Shown: positions 12,577 to 22,936, numbered from the stretch's first letter. The stretch: DNA of 64,000 nucleotides from an uncultured Candidatus Saccharibacteria bacterium (GCA_964449245.1 CAYUXY010000002.1:39463-103462), one strand, 5' to 3'. Translations and numbers: made by a program. The notes: generated from the letters alone by a model not told the origin.

Positions 12577-13587
12577 ATGAAAGATAAAACAAACAAAAAA
12601 GTAAAGGACTCCGTTGTTCAAATAGACGGTGAAATTTCAGCCGAAGATCTCGAAAAACATCGAAAAAAGATATTTGACAGACTGAAGAAAGACATTGAAA
12701 CTCCGGGATTCAGAAAAGGTAATACGCCGGATAATATTGCCAAAAACTATATCGATGAAAAAAGACTTCTTGAAGATGCGGCTTATTCAGCGCTGGAAGA
12801 GCACTATCCAATACTTTTAGAGGAATACGACATAGACCCAATCACACCACCTCACGTAGATATCAAAAAACTTTCTTTTGGAAACCCGATCTCCTTTTCT
12901 TTGTCTGTCGGAATTAAGCCGGAATTCGTTTTACCTGATTACAAAAAAATAGCGGGCAAGACCTCAGTTAAAATTGGAACGGTATCAGATGAAGAAATCG
13001 AGACTGTTATCAAGCAAATATTAGAGATGAAAAAAACCGGAGAAAATACGGATGAATTGACTGATGAATATGTAAAAAAACTCGGCAATTTTGAAACTGT
13101 CGATGAATTCAGAAAAAAAATAGGAGAAAACCTTAAAGAAGAGAAAAAAATGGAATCTGTAAGAGAAAAACGAGAGAAAATAGCCGAGTTACTTGTAAAG
13201 GAAACGAAAATGACGCTACCGGCAATGCTTACGGAAGATGAACTCGCAAGAACAATGCACCATTGGGAAGAGCGCTTAGAAGAAGCCGGACTTTCAAAAA
13301 AGGATTATCTTGAAAAAATCAAAAAAGATGAAAAAGATTTCTTAGAAGAACAAAAAATAAACATCGAGAAACAATACAAAACAAAGTTTATATTGGAAAA
13401 AATAGCCGAAAAAGAGAATATTGCTCCGACAAAAGAAGAAATTGAAAAAGAATTATCGGGTATGCTGTCATATCACAACAATCTCGACCCGGAAAGCGCC
13501 GGCAAATATGTTTTTGAATCTCTGAGAAACGAAAAAGTCATTGAATTTCTTGAACGGGCCGGCGATGATCAAAAATCAGAAAAGTAA
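12577..13587 (+). CDS. tig: Trigger factor (PPIase domain largely deleted)
   Basis: PGFRKG ribosome-binding motif and C-terminal chaperone domain; start moved to ATG 12577. Confidence 0.9.
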   Translation: MKDKTNKKVKDSVVQIDGEISAEDLEKHRKKIFDRLKKDIETPGFRKGNTPDNIAKNYIDEKRLLEDAAYSALEEHYPILLEEYDIDPITPPHVDIKKLSFGNPISFSLSVGIKPEFVLPDYKKIAGKTSVKIGTVSDEEIETVIKQILEMKKTGENTDELTDEYVKKLGNFETVDEFRKKIGENLKEEKKMESVREKREKIAELLVKETKMTLPAMLTEDELARTMHHWEERLEEAGLSKKDYLEKIKKDEKDFLEEQKINIEKQYKTKFILEKIAEKENIAPTKEEIEKELSGMLSYHNNLDPESAGKYVFESLRNEKVIEFLERAGDDQKSEK

Positions 13588-13648
13588 TCCACAAGAAAAT
13601 CTTGCCGTTCCTAATAGAAGTGATATTATAAATGAAGAATCCCACAGG

Positions 13649-13684
13649 AAAATCCCGCCACTCTGTAGAGTGGCGGGATTTTTA
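13649..13684. terminator. Bidirectional intrinsic terminator between tig and pgk
   Basis: aaaatcccgccactct-gt-agagtggcgggatttt perfect stem flanked by A/T runs. Confidence 0.85.
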
Positions 13685-13695
13685 TAATCCTAAAA

Positions 13696-14829
13696 TTATT
13701 TCAGTGATTCAATACCTGGCAATTTTTTAGCGCTTAAAAATTTGAGCATTGCTCCGCCTCCTGTTGAAACGAAAATGTTTTTCCCTAATTTAATTGGCTT
13801 AATTAAATTCATCGACTCAACCGTCTCTCCCCCGCCAACAATTATGTTGGCGGTTTTATTGTCCGCTATTGCCTTCCAAATCATTTTAGTTCCATAAGAA
13901 AATTCTTCTCTTTGAAATAAACCTACCGGGCCACTCCATATAACGGTTTTCGCGTGTTTGACGTATGAACAATATTTCAATACCGTATTCAATCCTATAT
14001 CAAGAATCCGATCATTCTCGGTTTTTAGATCTTCCGGTAAAATTATTTTTGATAAATCAGAATATTTTTTTGAAAAAGCGAGCATTTTTTCTTCGTAAAG
14101 AGACTGCCCTATCGGAAATCCTTTAGCCGCAAAAAATGTATTTGCCACGCCCCCGCCAAATAAAAATTTATCCGCCTTATTCCATAAGTTTTGAATACAT
14201 CCGATTTTATCAGAAACTTTTGCTCCGCCTATAATAACAACGAAAGGATGATCCTCTGAACTGACTGCCAAGTTAAGGCGCGATATTTCGTTCTGGAGTG
14301 ACAACCCACAAAAAGACGGGATGTATTTGGTAATAGCAACCACCGATGCGTGCTTCCGGTGACAGACAGCAAACGCGTCGTTTATATAATAGTCTCCGAA
14401 TGAGGCGAGTGTTTTGGCAAACTGCGCTGAATTATTTTCTTCTCCATTAAAAAATCTAAGGTTCTCGAAAAGAAAAATCCGCTCCGGACCATTTTTAATG
14501 AAAGAATAGTGATCCCGTCCAAAAAAGAAGCTGTGTGGTAAAAATTTAACATCGCGATTTATCTTTTTTGATAAAATACCGGCTAACGGACGCAATGTTT
14601 CTTTTTTTGCAAGCTCGGTAAGATGCCCCTCATTATCCATGGGCTCCGGTCTGCCACGATGGCTTAAAAGTACGACAATACCTTTGTTTTTCAATATAAA
14701 ATCCATCGTTGGCAGAATTGAATCGATGCGATACGAATTATGGTCAGAAAAACTGATATTTAAATCAACGCGTACGATAAAAACTTTATCTTTTATTTTA
14801 TTTTTTGGTATATCAAGAAGATATTGCAT
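13696..14829 (-). CDS. pgk: Phosphoglycerate kinase
   Basis: RVDLN, SHRGRP, ENLRF, GGAKVSDK, STGGGA. Confidence 0.95.
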   Translation of the reverse strand: MQYLLDIPKNKIKDKVFIVRVDLNISFSDHNSYRIDSILPTMDFILKNKGIVVLLSHRGRPEPMDNEGHLTELAKKETLRPLAGILSKKINRDVKFLPHSFFFGRDHYSFIKNGPERIFLFENLRFFNGEENNSAQFAKTLASFGDYYINDAFAVCHRKHASVVAITKYIPSFCGLSLQNEISRLNLAVSSEDHPFVVIIGGAKVSDKIGCIQNLWNKADKFLFGGGVANTFFAAKGFPIGQSLYEEKMLAFSKKYSDLSKIILPEDLKTENDRILDIGLNTVLKYCSYVKHAKTVIWSGPVGLFQREEFSYGTKMIWKAIADNKTANIIVGGGETVESMNLIKPIKLGKNIFVSTGGGAMLKFLSAKKLPGIESLK

Positions 14830-14836
14830 AAAATTA

Positions 14837-15850
14837 TCATTTTAAAATTGAAGCGGCAAAATCAGGATCAATCACATTCACTTCCATTCCCGTACTATAT
14901 TCAAAACCACCCGGAAGATTCCAATGCGGACGGATTTCTATATGCCAATGTAAATATTTACAGTCCGCTTCGTCGATAGGGGCCGTATGAATAAAGAAGT
15001 TATAATCCGGATCATTTAGCCGTTTTCTTACCTTATAAAGAATTATCTGAAGAGCCTGCGCAATTTCACACAAATTTTCGGAAGATGAATCACATATCGC
15101 CGATGCGTGTTGTTTTGAAAAAATTTTAATTTCAAATTCATATCTCGAAAAAAACGGAGTAATTGCAATAACAGCATCGTTTTCATAAATAACACGCTTT
15201 CCTAATTTCATTTCCTCATTAAGCATCTCGCAATACACGCATTTTTTATGACGACGGAAATATCTCTCTGCTCCATCAACATTTCTTCGTATGTCGGGCG
15301 GAACAACCGGTATTGCAAGAATCTGATAATGTGGATGAAACACACTCGCTCCGGACATTGCGCCCCAGTTATGAAATATCGATACATATTTTATTTCCGG
15401 AGATTTTTGAAACATCTGAATTCGATTTTTAAACATCTGCAAAATCTGCGTGGCTATTTCAATGTCAGACGTTTCAAAATTTTTATTGTGATTTCTGGTT
15501 ATTAAAAGCTCATGTTTGCCTATTCCGGGCAAATGTTCAAAAAATGCATCTTTATCCAAAAAACGTATTATTCCGCCCTCTCTTACGGCTGGATATTTAT
15601 TTTCAAGAATTACAATCTGCCAATTTTTCTTATCCGCTTCAACGGGATATTGCATCACTAAATCATTATCTACGCTTTTAAAAGGATCTTCGAAAATGCA
15701 TTTCGACTTAGGGGCAATCTTACGTAAATTTCTTTTTTTTGTGAGATCGCTGAATCTTTTTTCAGAGCGACTGGGAACTATTAGAACCCACTCTCCTGAA
15801 ACAATATCTCTGCGAAATTCTGAATGCATATTTTTCAAAGATTTGCGCAT
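14837..15850 (-). CDS. galT: Galactose-1-phosphate uridylyltransferase (GalT/HIT family)
   Basis: ENKYPA, GASVFHPHYQI (HxHxQ), HWHIEI. Confidence 0.9.
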   Translation of the reverse strand: MRKSLKNMHSEFRRDIVSGEWVLIVPSRSEKRFSDLTKKRNLRKIAPKSKCIFEDPFKSVDNDLVMQYPVEADKKNWQIVILENKYPAVREGGIIRFLDKDAFFEHLPGIGKHELLITRNHNKNFETSDIEIATQILQMFKNRIQMFQKSPEIKYVSIFHNWGAMSGASVFHPHYQILAIPVVPPDIRRNVDGAERYFRRHKKCVYCEMLNEEMKLGKRVIYENDAVIAITPFFSRYEFEIKIFSKQHASAICDSSSENLCEIAQALQIILYKVRKRLNDPDYNFFIHTAPIDEADCKYLHWHIEIRPHWNLPGGFEYSTGMEVNVIDPDFAASILK

Positions 15851-15855
15851 AAATA

Positions 15856-16587
15856 TTATTCCGGTAAATTATATTCCTTTTTCATTATCCACCAGCGAAT
15901 CTTCAAAACCTCATAGAATGTAAAAAAATAATCGCCGAAAAGCACTCTGGAATCAAAATCATTCGCCCACGATACGGGAATTTCTTTTATACGGTATCCT
16001 AACTTTTGCGCCAACATTAAAGCCTCTATATCGATTCCCCATCTGTTTATTCGTCCGCGGGAAAAAATTTTTTCGGCCGATTCTTCCGAAAAACATTTGA
16101 ATCCGCACTGAGTATCTTTGATACCGGGAACAGCGAGTAATTGTATAAAAGGATTACTCATCTTTCCAAGACATTTTTTTAAAAAATGTTGCGGGGGCGT
16201 GAGTTTTGCTCCTTTTATTGCCCTCGAGCCGATAACGATATCATATCCATCTTTTAAAAATGAAATCATTTTTTCAACTTGCTCAACCGTAGTTGAATTA
16301 TCTGAATCCATAAACAAACGATAATTTCCCTTTGCAGCAAGCATGCCTTCACGCACAACATAGCCCTTGCCCCTATTTTCTTTATTATCAATGAAACGAA
16401 GGTTTTTTATGATAGATTGAAAATTTTTAACAATATTTGCCGTGTTATCATGCGATCCGTCATTAACCACAAGAATTTCCGAAGAATATTCCGCCCGCGA
16501 CAATTTACTGTCTATATCAATAAGCGTCGGGGGCAACCTTTCGGCTTCGTTATAAACTGGTATGACTACTGATAAAAATGGTTTCAT
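15856..16587 (-). CDS. GT2 polyprenyl-phosphate glycosyltransferase (dolichyl-phosphate glucosyltransferase-like)
   Basis: VVIPVYNE, VNDGS, NRGKG, MDSD, DTQCGFK. Confidence 0.9.
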   Translation of the reverse strand: MKPFLSVVIPVYNEAERLPPTLIDIDSKLSRAEYSSEILVVNDGSHDNTANIVKNFQSIIKNLRFIDNKENRGKGYVVREGMLAAKGNYRLFMDSDNSTTVEQVEKMISFLKDGYDIVIGSRAIKGAKLTPPQHFLKKCLGKMSNPFIQLLAVPGIKDTQCGFKCFSEESAEKIFSRGRINRWGIDIEALMLAQKLGYRIKEIPVSWANDFDSRVLFGDYFFTFYEVLKIRWWIMKKEYNLPE

Positions 16588-16621
16588 ATTGTTGATATAA
16601 ATATATGAGTGTTCGTGTCAT

Positions 16622-17266
16622 TTAATTGCCGTCGGTATTATTTGCATAATTTGGGTCATTACTATTGCTCTTCTTAAATACTACATTTTTGTAAGTCAAA
16701 AAATTCCAAAGGAAAGAAACGGCGACTGCAATAAGTGCACCTATATTCGCCCAGAGCTTTTCGTTGATTCCGTTCGGAGCGCTTATACCATTTACAATAG
16801 AAGCGGCAACCGAAATATTTATTAATGTGCCAACCAATGTAAATCCGGCAAAGCGAACATATTCTCCCGCAGAAACTGGGGCCTTACTTTGAAATGTCCA
16901 GAGCTTGTTCCATAAATAGCTATTTGTTGTGCCCGCCAAGAACGAAACGGCCTTAAATAACACGAAACCGACGCCGGACGATATGCCAACAATGAAAATC
17001 AACAAATTTAGCACTCCGAGATCAAGCAAGGTATTCAAAGTACCGACTGCTGCAAATTTTCCAAATTTTTCAAAAACGGGAATCCATCTGGAAAGAAGTT
17101 TTAAAATAAACAAAGCAAATATTGCAAAAACAGAAAGCCCGATAACAAGGACTACAGCAAACAGCCACCCGAATTCAATTCCTATATTTTTCAGAGGAAT
17201 GAGAGCAAGCACACCGACAAATATCCCGATTATCCAAACCAAAAAATAATCTTTTTTTGTATTCAT
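16622..17266 (-). CDS. GtrA-family membrane protein (lipid-linked sugar flippase-like)
   Basis: KFAAVGTLNTLLD, SYLWNKLWTF, WNFLTYKNVVF. Confidence 0.88.
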   Translation of the reverse strand: MNTKKDYFLVWIIGIFVGVLALIPLKNIGIEFGWLFAVVLVIGLSVFAIFALFILKLLSRWIPVFEKFGKFAAVGTLNTLLDLGVLNLLIFIVGISSGVGFVLFKAVSFLAGTTNSYLWNKLWTFQSKAPVSAGEYVRFAGFTLVGTLINISVAASIVNGISAPNGINEKLWANIGALIAVAVSFLWNFLTYKNVVFKKSNSNDPNYANNTDGN

Positions 17267-17284
17267 TGATATTTAATAAAACGA

Positions 17285-19651
17285 TTAAAGACCCTTTATG
17301 CGAGCATAAATTTCCTGTTCAACCACTTCTCTCGGACGCCCATAAACATTCCGCGATAATTCTCGGAGTGCGGATATATCTGACATAGCACCACCCCTTT
17401 TGGGCAAAGGAACAGTCATATTAAACGGAGACGAAACTTGATTATTCATCAAAAGCTTTGCGTGAGCATTTAAATTATCGATATTAATTAAATTGCTTTT
17501 TTGAAAAACGGGATCAAATTGCTTTTCGAGATATTCCGCATCGTCTGCCCCAATTCTAAACACCACCATAGATCCGACGTTTCCAAACACCGCATCTCTG
17601 ATTTTATCCGGAAGCTGAGATATAAATTGATGCGCTATTATAAGACAAAGGCGGTATTTTCTCGCTTCGGATAAAATTGTTGCTATACCCGGAGTTGTGA
17701 AATTTTGAAACTCGTCCGCATACAAATAAAAATCTCTTCTTTTCTCAATTGGAACATCCGCGCGTGAAAATGCGGCCATAGTAAGTTTTTCTATTAAAAT
17801 CATTCCCAACAATCCTGCGTTCAATTCGCCTATTTTACCTTTTGAAAGATTGACCAAAAGTATCTTTCCGGAATCTATTATTTCACGGAATTTCAACGTA
17901 CTTTTCGATTGGGCTATTATCGGACGCACATAATCATTGGCAATGAAAGTGTTAAATTTACTGGTTATGTATGGGACAAGATTTGCGAGAGACGCCTCAC
18001 CTCCTGCTTTTTCCGCTTCTTTTTCCCAAAAATCTTTTGCTATTACATTACGGCAAGAACTTAGTAATCGCTTTCTAAAATCTGCGTCCGACAAAACCCT
18101 TGGAATTTCAAGTATTGTAAATCCATTAGACGGATCATCCATGAGAAGCAAAAGCGCGTTCCTTGTATATTGTTCAAACATCGGACCGCCGGTGGTTTTT
18201 AAATCATACAATGTGTCAAAAATACCCAAAAGTTCATTGATAATAAAAGTTTTTTGTTCCGGAAAATTAGGATCATACTCCAAAACATTAAGTCCAAACG
18301 GACGGTTGATATCGGACGGATCAAAAACTATAACATCACGACTGCGATTTTTAGGTACGCGAGCAAGAACGTCTTCAAACAAATCTCCGTTCGGATCAAT
18401 CACGCAAAGCCCCTCGCCATTCTCCATATCCTGAACGGAAAGATTATCCAAAAATACGGATTTACCGGTGCCAGTCTGACCAATTACATATATATGCCTT
18501 CTTCTATCCTCACGCGTCATTCTTATATCCTTCATCGAACCACGAAATGTACTTTCTCCCAATTTCAATCCTGATTTCGGAAGAATTGCAGGAGGAGCAA
18601 CTTCTTTATATCTTGATTCCTTTACCTTCGGAATATTTAGAAAAGGGGTTGGAAAGTGAAAAACGCTCGCGAGCTCTTCCGTATTCAACACATTGCTCGT
18701 ATCATCGTCATACATTCTGAATGAAAATCTATGCACGAATTCCTTGACTGAACGCGGTTTCACGATTTTAAATTCATTAAATTCGTTGGAACCGAGCTGA
18801 GAAAATCCTGCGGCTATTCCATCAACAATCGAATCGGCCGTTTCTTGACTCGGAGCCGAAGATACAATGCGAATATTTACACGGAATAACGGCTTGGATA
18901 TTTTTGATCGCAACGCCTCAATACCGCTATCATCTACTGTATTTTCTTTCTGATTTTCTTTATGATCCACACCATCTTTTTTTGTGCCCTTTGTCAAAGT
19001 ATCGCTTATGTCTGCGAGAGAAAGTGTCGATTCGGAAATAGAATTCAGAGTTCCTCCTTTTTTCAGGGTATGTATAGCAGACAAAACTCGCTTTTTATCT
19101 TTTTTCTTCGCTGGAGAAATAATAAACTGCATAGCTCCCCCTTCTCCCATTTCATTAATTTTGGACAATCCCCCAAGTATCGGCGAAAATGTGTCGCTTT
19201 GCAGAGTCTTGTAAGTTCTGACCGGAAACATAAATTTATTTTTCTGCAATATGTTAGCGGCTGAAACCGCTCCGGCATAATTAAAAATATTGTAATCTTC
19301 AACCAAATCAACTCTTGCGTCGGCCCAGATAGATTGTATATGACGCGATAACGCTGGGATTTTTTTCTCTGGAGACGCTATATAAAAATGAATTTCTTCT
19401 CCTATATAAGGAACAGCAACTTCAAAAATAATCGGCTCCTTCAAACCGAGAAGACCGCTAAAAAATTGCTCGGAAAGATTTATTTCCGTTTCGAAGTTTT
19501 TCCCTTCAGAAGAATCTTTTGGAAAGCGTACAAGCAATAATTTTAGCTTAAGAAGCTCTTTTATTTTCCTTCTGTTTGCAAAGCGTGCGAAAATAATAGC
19601 TAAAACAGCTATCAGAAATGCCACTCCGAAAAAAAAGGCTACCGGCATCAT
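17285..19651 (-). CDS. VirB4/VirD4(TraG)/HerA-like ATPase with N-terminal TM
   Basis: RRRHIYVIGQTGTGKS, IDPNGD, YADEFQNF, SEARKYRL, AHQ. Confidence 0.88.
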   Translation of the reverse strand: MMPVAFFFGVAFLIAVLAIIFARFANRRKIKELLKLKLLLVRFPKDSSEGKNFETEINLSEQFFSGLLGLKEPIIFEVAVPYIGEEIHFYIASPEKKIPALSRHIQSIWADARVDLVEDYNIFNYAGAVSAANILQKNKFMFPVRTYKTLQSDTFSPILGGLSKINEMGEGGAMQFIISPAKKKDKKRVLSAIHTLKKGGTLNSISESTLSLADISDTLTKGTKKDGVDHKENQKENTVDDSGIEALRSKISKPLFRVNIRIVSSAPSQETADSIVDGIAAGFSQLGSNEFNEFKIVKPRSVKEFVHRFSFRMYDDDTSNVLNTEELASVFHFPTPFLNIPKVKESRYKEVAPPAILPKSGLKLGESTFRGSMKDIRMTREDRRRHIYVIGQTGTGKSVFLDNLSVQDMENGEGLCVIDPNGDLFEDVLARVPKNRSRDVIVFDPSDINRPFGLNVLEYDPNFPEQKTFIINELLGIFDTLYDLKTTGGPMFEQYTRNALLLLMDDPSNGFTILEIPRVLSDADFRKRLLSSCRNVIAKDFWEKEAEKAGGEASLANLVPYITSKFNTFIANDYVRPIIAQSKSTLKFREIIDSGKILLVNLSKGKIGELNAGLLGMILIEKLTMAAFSRADVPIEKRRDFYLYADEFQNFTTPGIATILSEARKYRLCLIIAHQFISQLPDKIRDAVFGNVGSMVVFRIGADDAEYLEKQFDPVFQKSNLINIDNLNAHAKLLMNNQVSSPFNMTVPLPKRGGAMSDISALRELSRNVYGRPREVVEQEIYARIKGL

Positions 19652-19652
19652 A

Positions 19653-20060
19653 TTATTTTAAAATTCCCCTCTTTTTGAGTTCGGGAATCATTTTATCAAC
19701 CAAAGCGTCATGAAACGCATCTGCAATGAATGGCGGATGTTTTTGTGAAGCGTTTATAGCTTTTTCCAATCCTTCGCTAAGCGCTATATCGATAAGAGAT
19801 TCGACTGTTTTTTTAATCTCGTCCTGACTTACATCTTCCGTCAAATAGGCGGGGAGGCGTGTCGACGATTGTGGAACCGGAGCCGACTGTTGCCCTGCGT
19901 TAATAACAGGAATTTTTTCGGCTAAAGAACGGATGGCGTTCTTTACAGCCTCTCTCTCCGCAATATTGCGACCATTTGCATTTTCAATGGAAGATTGAAC
20001 ATGATGTCCCACATCTTCAATCTCGCGTTCAAAATTTTGGCTGAAATCAACTGTTTTCAT
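19653..20060 (-). CDS. Hypothetical protein
   Basis: 135-aa ORF abutting the ATPase gene; C-terminal ADAFHDAL. Confidence 0.7.
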   Translation of the reverse strand: MKTVDFSQNFEREIEDVGHHVQSSIENANGRNIAEREAVKNAIRSLAEKIPVINAGQQSAPVPQSSTRLPAYLTEDVSQDEIKKTVESLIDIALSEGLEKAINASQKHPPFIADAFHDALVDKMIPELKKRGILK

Positions 20061-20110
20061 AATTTCTTCATTTGATTATAAATCAAAAAAAGAATAACTC
20101 CAAAACCTTT

Positions 20111-21439
20111 TTAAAATCCGTGGATTTTAAACGACCCTGTCGTAATATCGACGTTTGTAGAAGTCGAGAAAGTTGTTCCGGGACGCGTGTATACTCCATT
20201 GTCGCCACTTCCTCCAGACCAGTCGGTTTGTTGGAAAACATCGTTTTTCCATCTCGTTACATAATCAGTAAGAGTGAGATCGGTTATTGATCCGCTTGCA
20301 TTCCACTCAACAGAAGACGTGATTCTTTGCGTAGACGGGTCCTCTAAGGATCCATCCGCGCATGGCGTAACTCCGCTTATAGTGCTTGATGCATCATTTG
20401 TTCGACACACATCGTGCACGACAAAATATCCGGAAAATACCGAACTTTCATATATTTGCTTTATTTCGCTCCCTGAAAGAGCCCGACTATAAACCCGGAA
20501 GTCATCTACAAATCCGTTCATATACGACCATGCGAGACCTATCCGCATAGTTAAGTTATCCAATAAGTGTTCTGTCCACCAAGATCCGGAATTTGTGCCT
20601 GTGGTTATTTGTTCTACGCCGTTAATGTAGAGCCTTATGGAAACTCCGTCTTGCACCCAAGCAACGTGATACCATGTGTTTAAAAATTCACCCAAATTAT
20701 CGAGGTCATATTGAATATTAACCTTTACCACATCATCATCTTCAATTACTAAATCCATAACATTATTAGCATTCACATAACTCCGGATATAATCCGTCGT
20801 GCTCCCCTCATATAAATGGAAAATGCCCTGCGTTATATTTTTCTGGCTGAATTTAACCCAATAAGAAAATGACCCTTCCGCGTATTTGAAATTTGTCTGA
20901 GCAAAATCTACGCGATTGGCTCCATCTAAAGATATACAATATCCGGATTTACATGTTGATGTGGCTCTTGATGATTCGGAAGTTAATACGCCATTTTTAT
21001 TGCTACCCATCATGTCATACGCAATTGTTCCTGATTTTTCATCGAATCCCCACCTTCCAACCAATCCATCTGAAACATTGTTGCTTGTCAATCCTTCTTT
21101 GCCTTCAATTATTATAAATTCGGTGCCGGATGCATTTAAAAAATATACAGAATTATTGCCTTTTGTAAGTCCGTAAATATTTTCCCAATCCGCGCCAGCA
21201 TAAGATCTCACCTTATCAAGAGACGCTTGAACCATACCGGAGGCAGACTGTAGATTGTCGTTTGTTGAGGTTGAACGAAGCATAAACGCCACACCCATAG
21301 CTGCGGTACCTATAAGCAACGCTCCTATTGTAAGTCCTATAAGAACTTCGATTAAGGACTGCCCAGCACGCGATCGCGTGCGGGAATTTTGAATTTTGAA
21401 TTTTGAATTTTGAATCAATTGTAAAATTAAAGAATTCAT
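20111..21439 (-). CDS. Prepilin-like protein with LamG/concanavalin A-like domain
   Basis: G|QSLIEVLI class III signal; GLVGRWGFDE...WYHVAW...DDFRVYSRALS. Confidence 0.88.
   Translation of the reverse strand: MNSLILQLIQNSKFKIQNSRTRSRAGQSLIEVLIGLTIGALLIGTAAMGVAFMLRSTSTNDNLQSASGMVQASLDKVRSYAGADWENIYGLTKGNNSVYFLNASGTEFIIIEGKEGLTSNNVSDGLVGRWGFDEKSGTIAYDMMGSNKNGVLTSESSRATSTCKSGYCISLDGANRVDFAQTNFKYAEGSFSYWVKFSQKNITQGIFHLYEGSTTDYIRSYVNANNVMDLVIEDDDVVKVNIQYDLDNLGEFLNTWYHVAWVQDGVSIRLYINGVEQITTGTNSGSWWTEHLLDNLTMRIGLAWSYMNGFVDDFRVYSRALSGSEIKQIYESSVFSGYFVVHDVCRTNDASSTISGVTPCADGSLEDPSTQRITSSVEWNASGSITDLTLTDYVTRWKNDVFQQTDWSGGSGDNGVYTRPGTTFSTSTNVDITTGSFKIHGF
21384..21415. repeat. Perfect heptamer tandem repeat (GAATTTT)x4.5 inside the prepilin leader
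   Basis: gaattttgaattttgaattttgaattttgaat; encodes IQNSKFKIQNS. Confidence 0.95.
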
Positions 21440-21476
21440 ATTTTATTCGAAATTCGTAAATCGACATTCAGAAATT

Positions 21477-22688
21477 CTATTTGAGGTCATTATATATATT
21501 AGTTATTTCTTCAGCTGTAAGCGCTCGGCGATAAATCCGCACTTCATCAAATACTCCTGCCGGAGAATATATCTCAGCCCAACTTTGTTTACCGACATAT
21601 AACTCGCTTGCAGTATCCCAATCAGTTGTCGTACTTATATTAAGCGACCCATTTGATACGCCATTTAAATATCCATAAACTTTCGAATCTGCGCGATTTA
21701 CGACAATAGCAGCCAAATACCAGTTATTGCTATTTATAGCGTTTGTAAAATTACCAGAAACATCAAAACTTCCTCCACCGTCTCCGGCTGAGAATTTCAA
21801 ATATGCACCGGAAAATTCCCACCTCCAGCCATCATACGATCCACTATATTTATTAATCAGACTTTTTTCACCAGAAAGAGCCGTATAATCATTTACCTTA
21901 AACCATGCAACAACAGAAAAGTCTCCTGTTTGGAAATTAAGGCTTTCTCCGGAACCAAATTTTCCATACGTTCCGCTTCCGTTAAATAATGCGCAGGCTC
22001 CGGCTTTGCAATTCGGATATGAAACCCACGTAGGCACGCTCAAAAATGTACCAGTAGATCCCCTGCCGGACGCGTCATATATAGTTGAGCTTGCTCCCTC
22101 GTCAAAATGCCAATATCCAGCCAGTCCATCTTCAACCCTTACTGTAGTTTTTCCAAGAGTATTGATTACGACATCGCCCGCCAAAATTCCGTCACTTCCG
22201 GAATAAAGAGTAATGACTTTTTTTGCGTCCAATACTCCGGACAACGCGCTTAAAACCACATCGACGGTTTGTCCTAAATGCGGATTGCCAAAACGAACTC
22301 CGCGTCTTAGCGAATAAGTCTGATCAATAGTACCGGACGCGTAACTTTGGCCACTCCAAACTTTGAACGAATCCGTATCTCCGCTCGACAATCTCAATCC
22401 CCACGCCTTACCGTTTTCCTGAGTAATGGATCGTTTTTGCGTATCGCGGATAACCGCGACAAGTTCCCCTAATGTAAGCCGTAGATTTTGACTGCTCCTG
22501 TATTTTGAAAACATTACAAACCCGCCGGTAGACACTATCGCCGCAATCGCAACGACAACAAGAACCTCTATGAGAGTGAATGCCGATTTTTCACGCAATT
22601 CGTTTTTAAACGGATTGCGTTGGAAAAATCGAGCACCCCGCCCTCTAAGCGGTGATTCTTTTTTTGAGTGATCGCCAAGAACTTCCAT
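21477..22688 (-). CDS. Prepilin-like protein with LamG domain
   Basis: A|FTLIEVLVVV cleavage motif; GLAGYWHFDEG...DEVRIYRRALT; start codon uncertain (overlaps the GIY-YIG gene). Confidence 0.85.
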   Translation of the reverse strand: MEVLGDHSKKESPLRGRGARFFQRNPFKNELREKSAFTLIEVLVVVAIAAIVSTGGFVMFSKYRSSQNLRLTLGELVAVIRDTQKRSITQENGKAWGLRLSSGDTDSFKVWSGQSYASGTIDQTYSLRRGVRFGNPHLGQTVDVVLSALSGVLDAKKVITLYSGSDGILAGDVVINTLGKTTVRVEDGLAGYWHFDEGASSTIYDASGRGSTGTFLSVPTWVSYPNCKAGACALFNGSGTYGKFGSGESLNFQTGDFSVVAWFKVNDYTALSGEKSLINKYSGSYDGWRWEFSGAYLKFSAGDGGGSFDVSGNFTNAINSNNWYLAAIVVNRADSKVYGYLNGVSNGSLNISTTTDWDTASELYVGKQSWAEIYSPAGVFDEVRIYRRALTAEEITNIYNDLK

Positions 22689-22881
22689 AATATTTTAACT
22701 TTCGCTCTCTGCTTCTTGCTTTTATTTCATCATTATACGCCTCATAGTAAATCAAAACAAAATTTGGCAAATCATTCTTGTGCTCTTTCATTCTACGTAA
22801 AAGATTATTGGTATAACCAATGTATAAATCGGAGCGCTTGATATGTTTTAGAACATATACGAAATACATAGAGGGCGGGGT
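22635..22881 (-). mobile_element. GIY-YIG mini-cassette bounded by perfect 13-bp inverted repeats
   Basis: accccgccctcta (22635-22647) and tagagggcggggt (22869-22881) overlap the stop and start codons of the GIY-YIG ORF. Confidence 0.6.
22645..22869 (-). CDS. Small stand-alone GIY-YIG nuclease
   Basis: YFVYVL...LYIGYTNNLLRRMKEH...YYEAY...ARSRERKLK. Confidence 0.9.
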   Translation of the reverse strand: MYFVYVLKHIKRSDLYIGYTNNLLRRMKEHKNDLPNFVLIYYEAYNDEIKARSRERKLKYYGSSWRSLKKRITA

Positions 22882-22936
22882 AAGGTTTTAAAAACAAATT
22901 TTATTCGACTTTGTCTCAAAAATTTGTATAAAGCCC

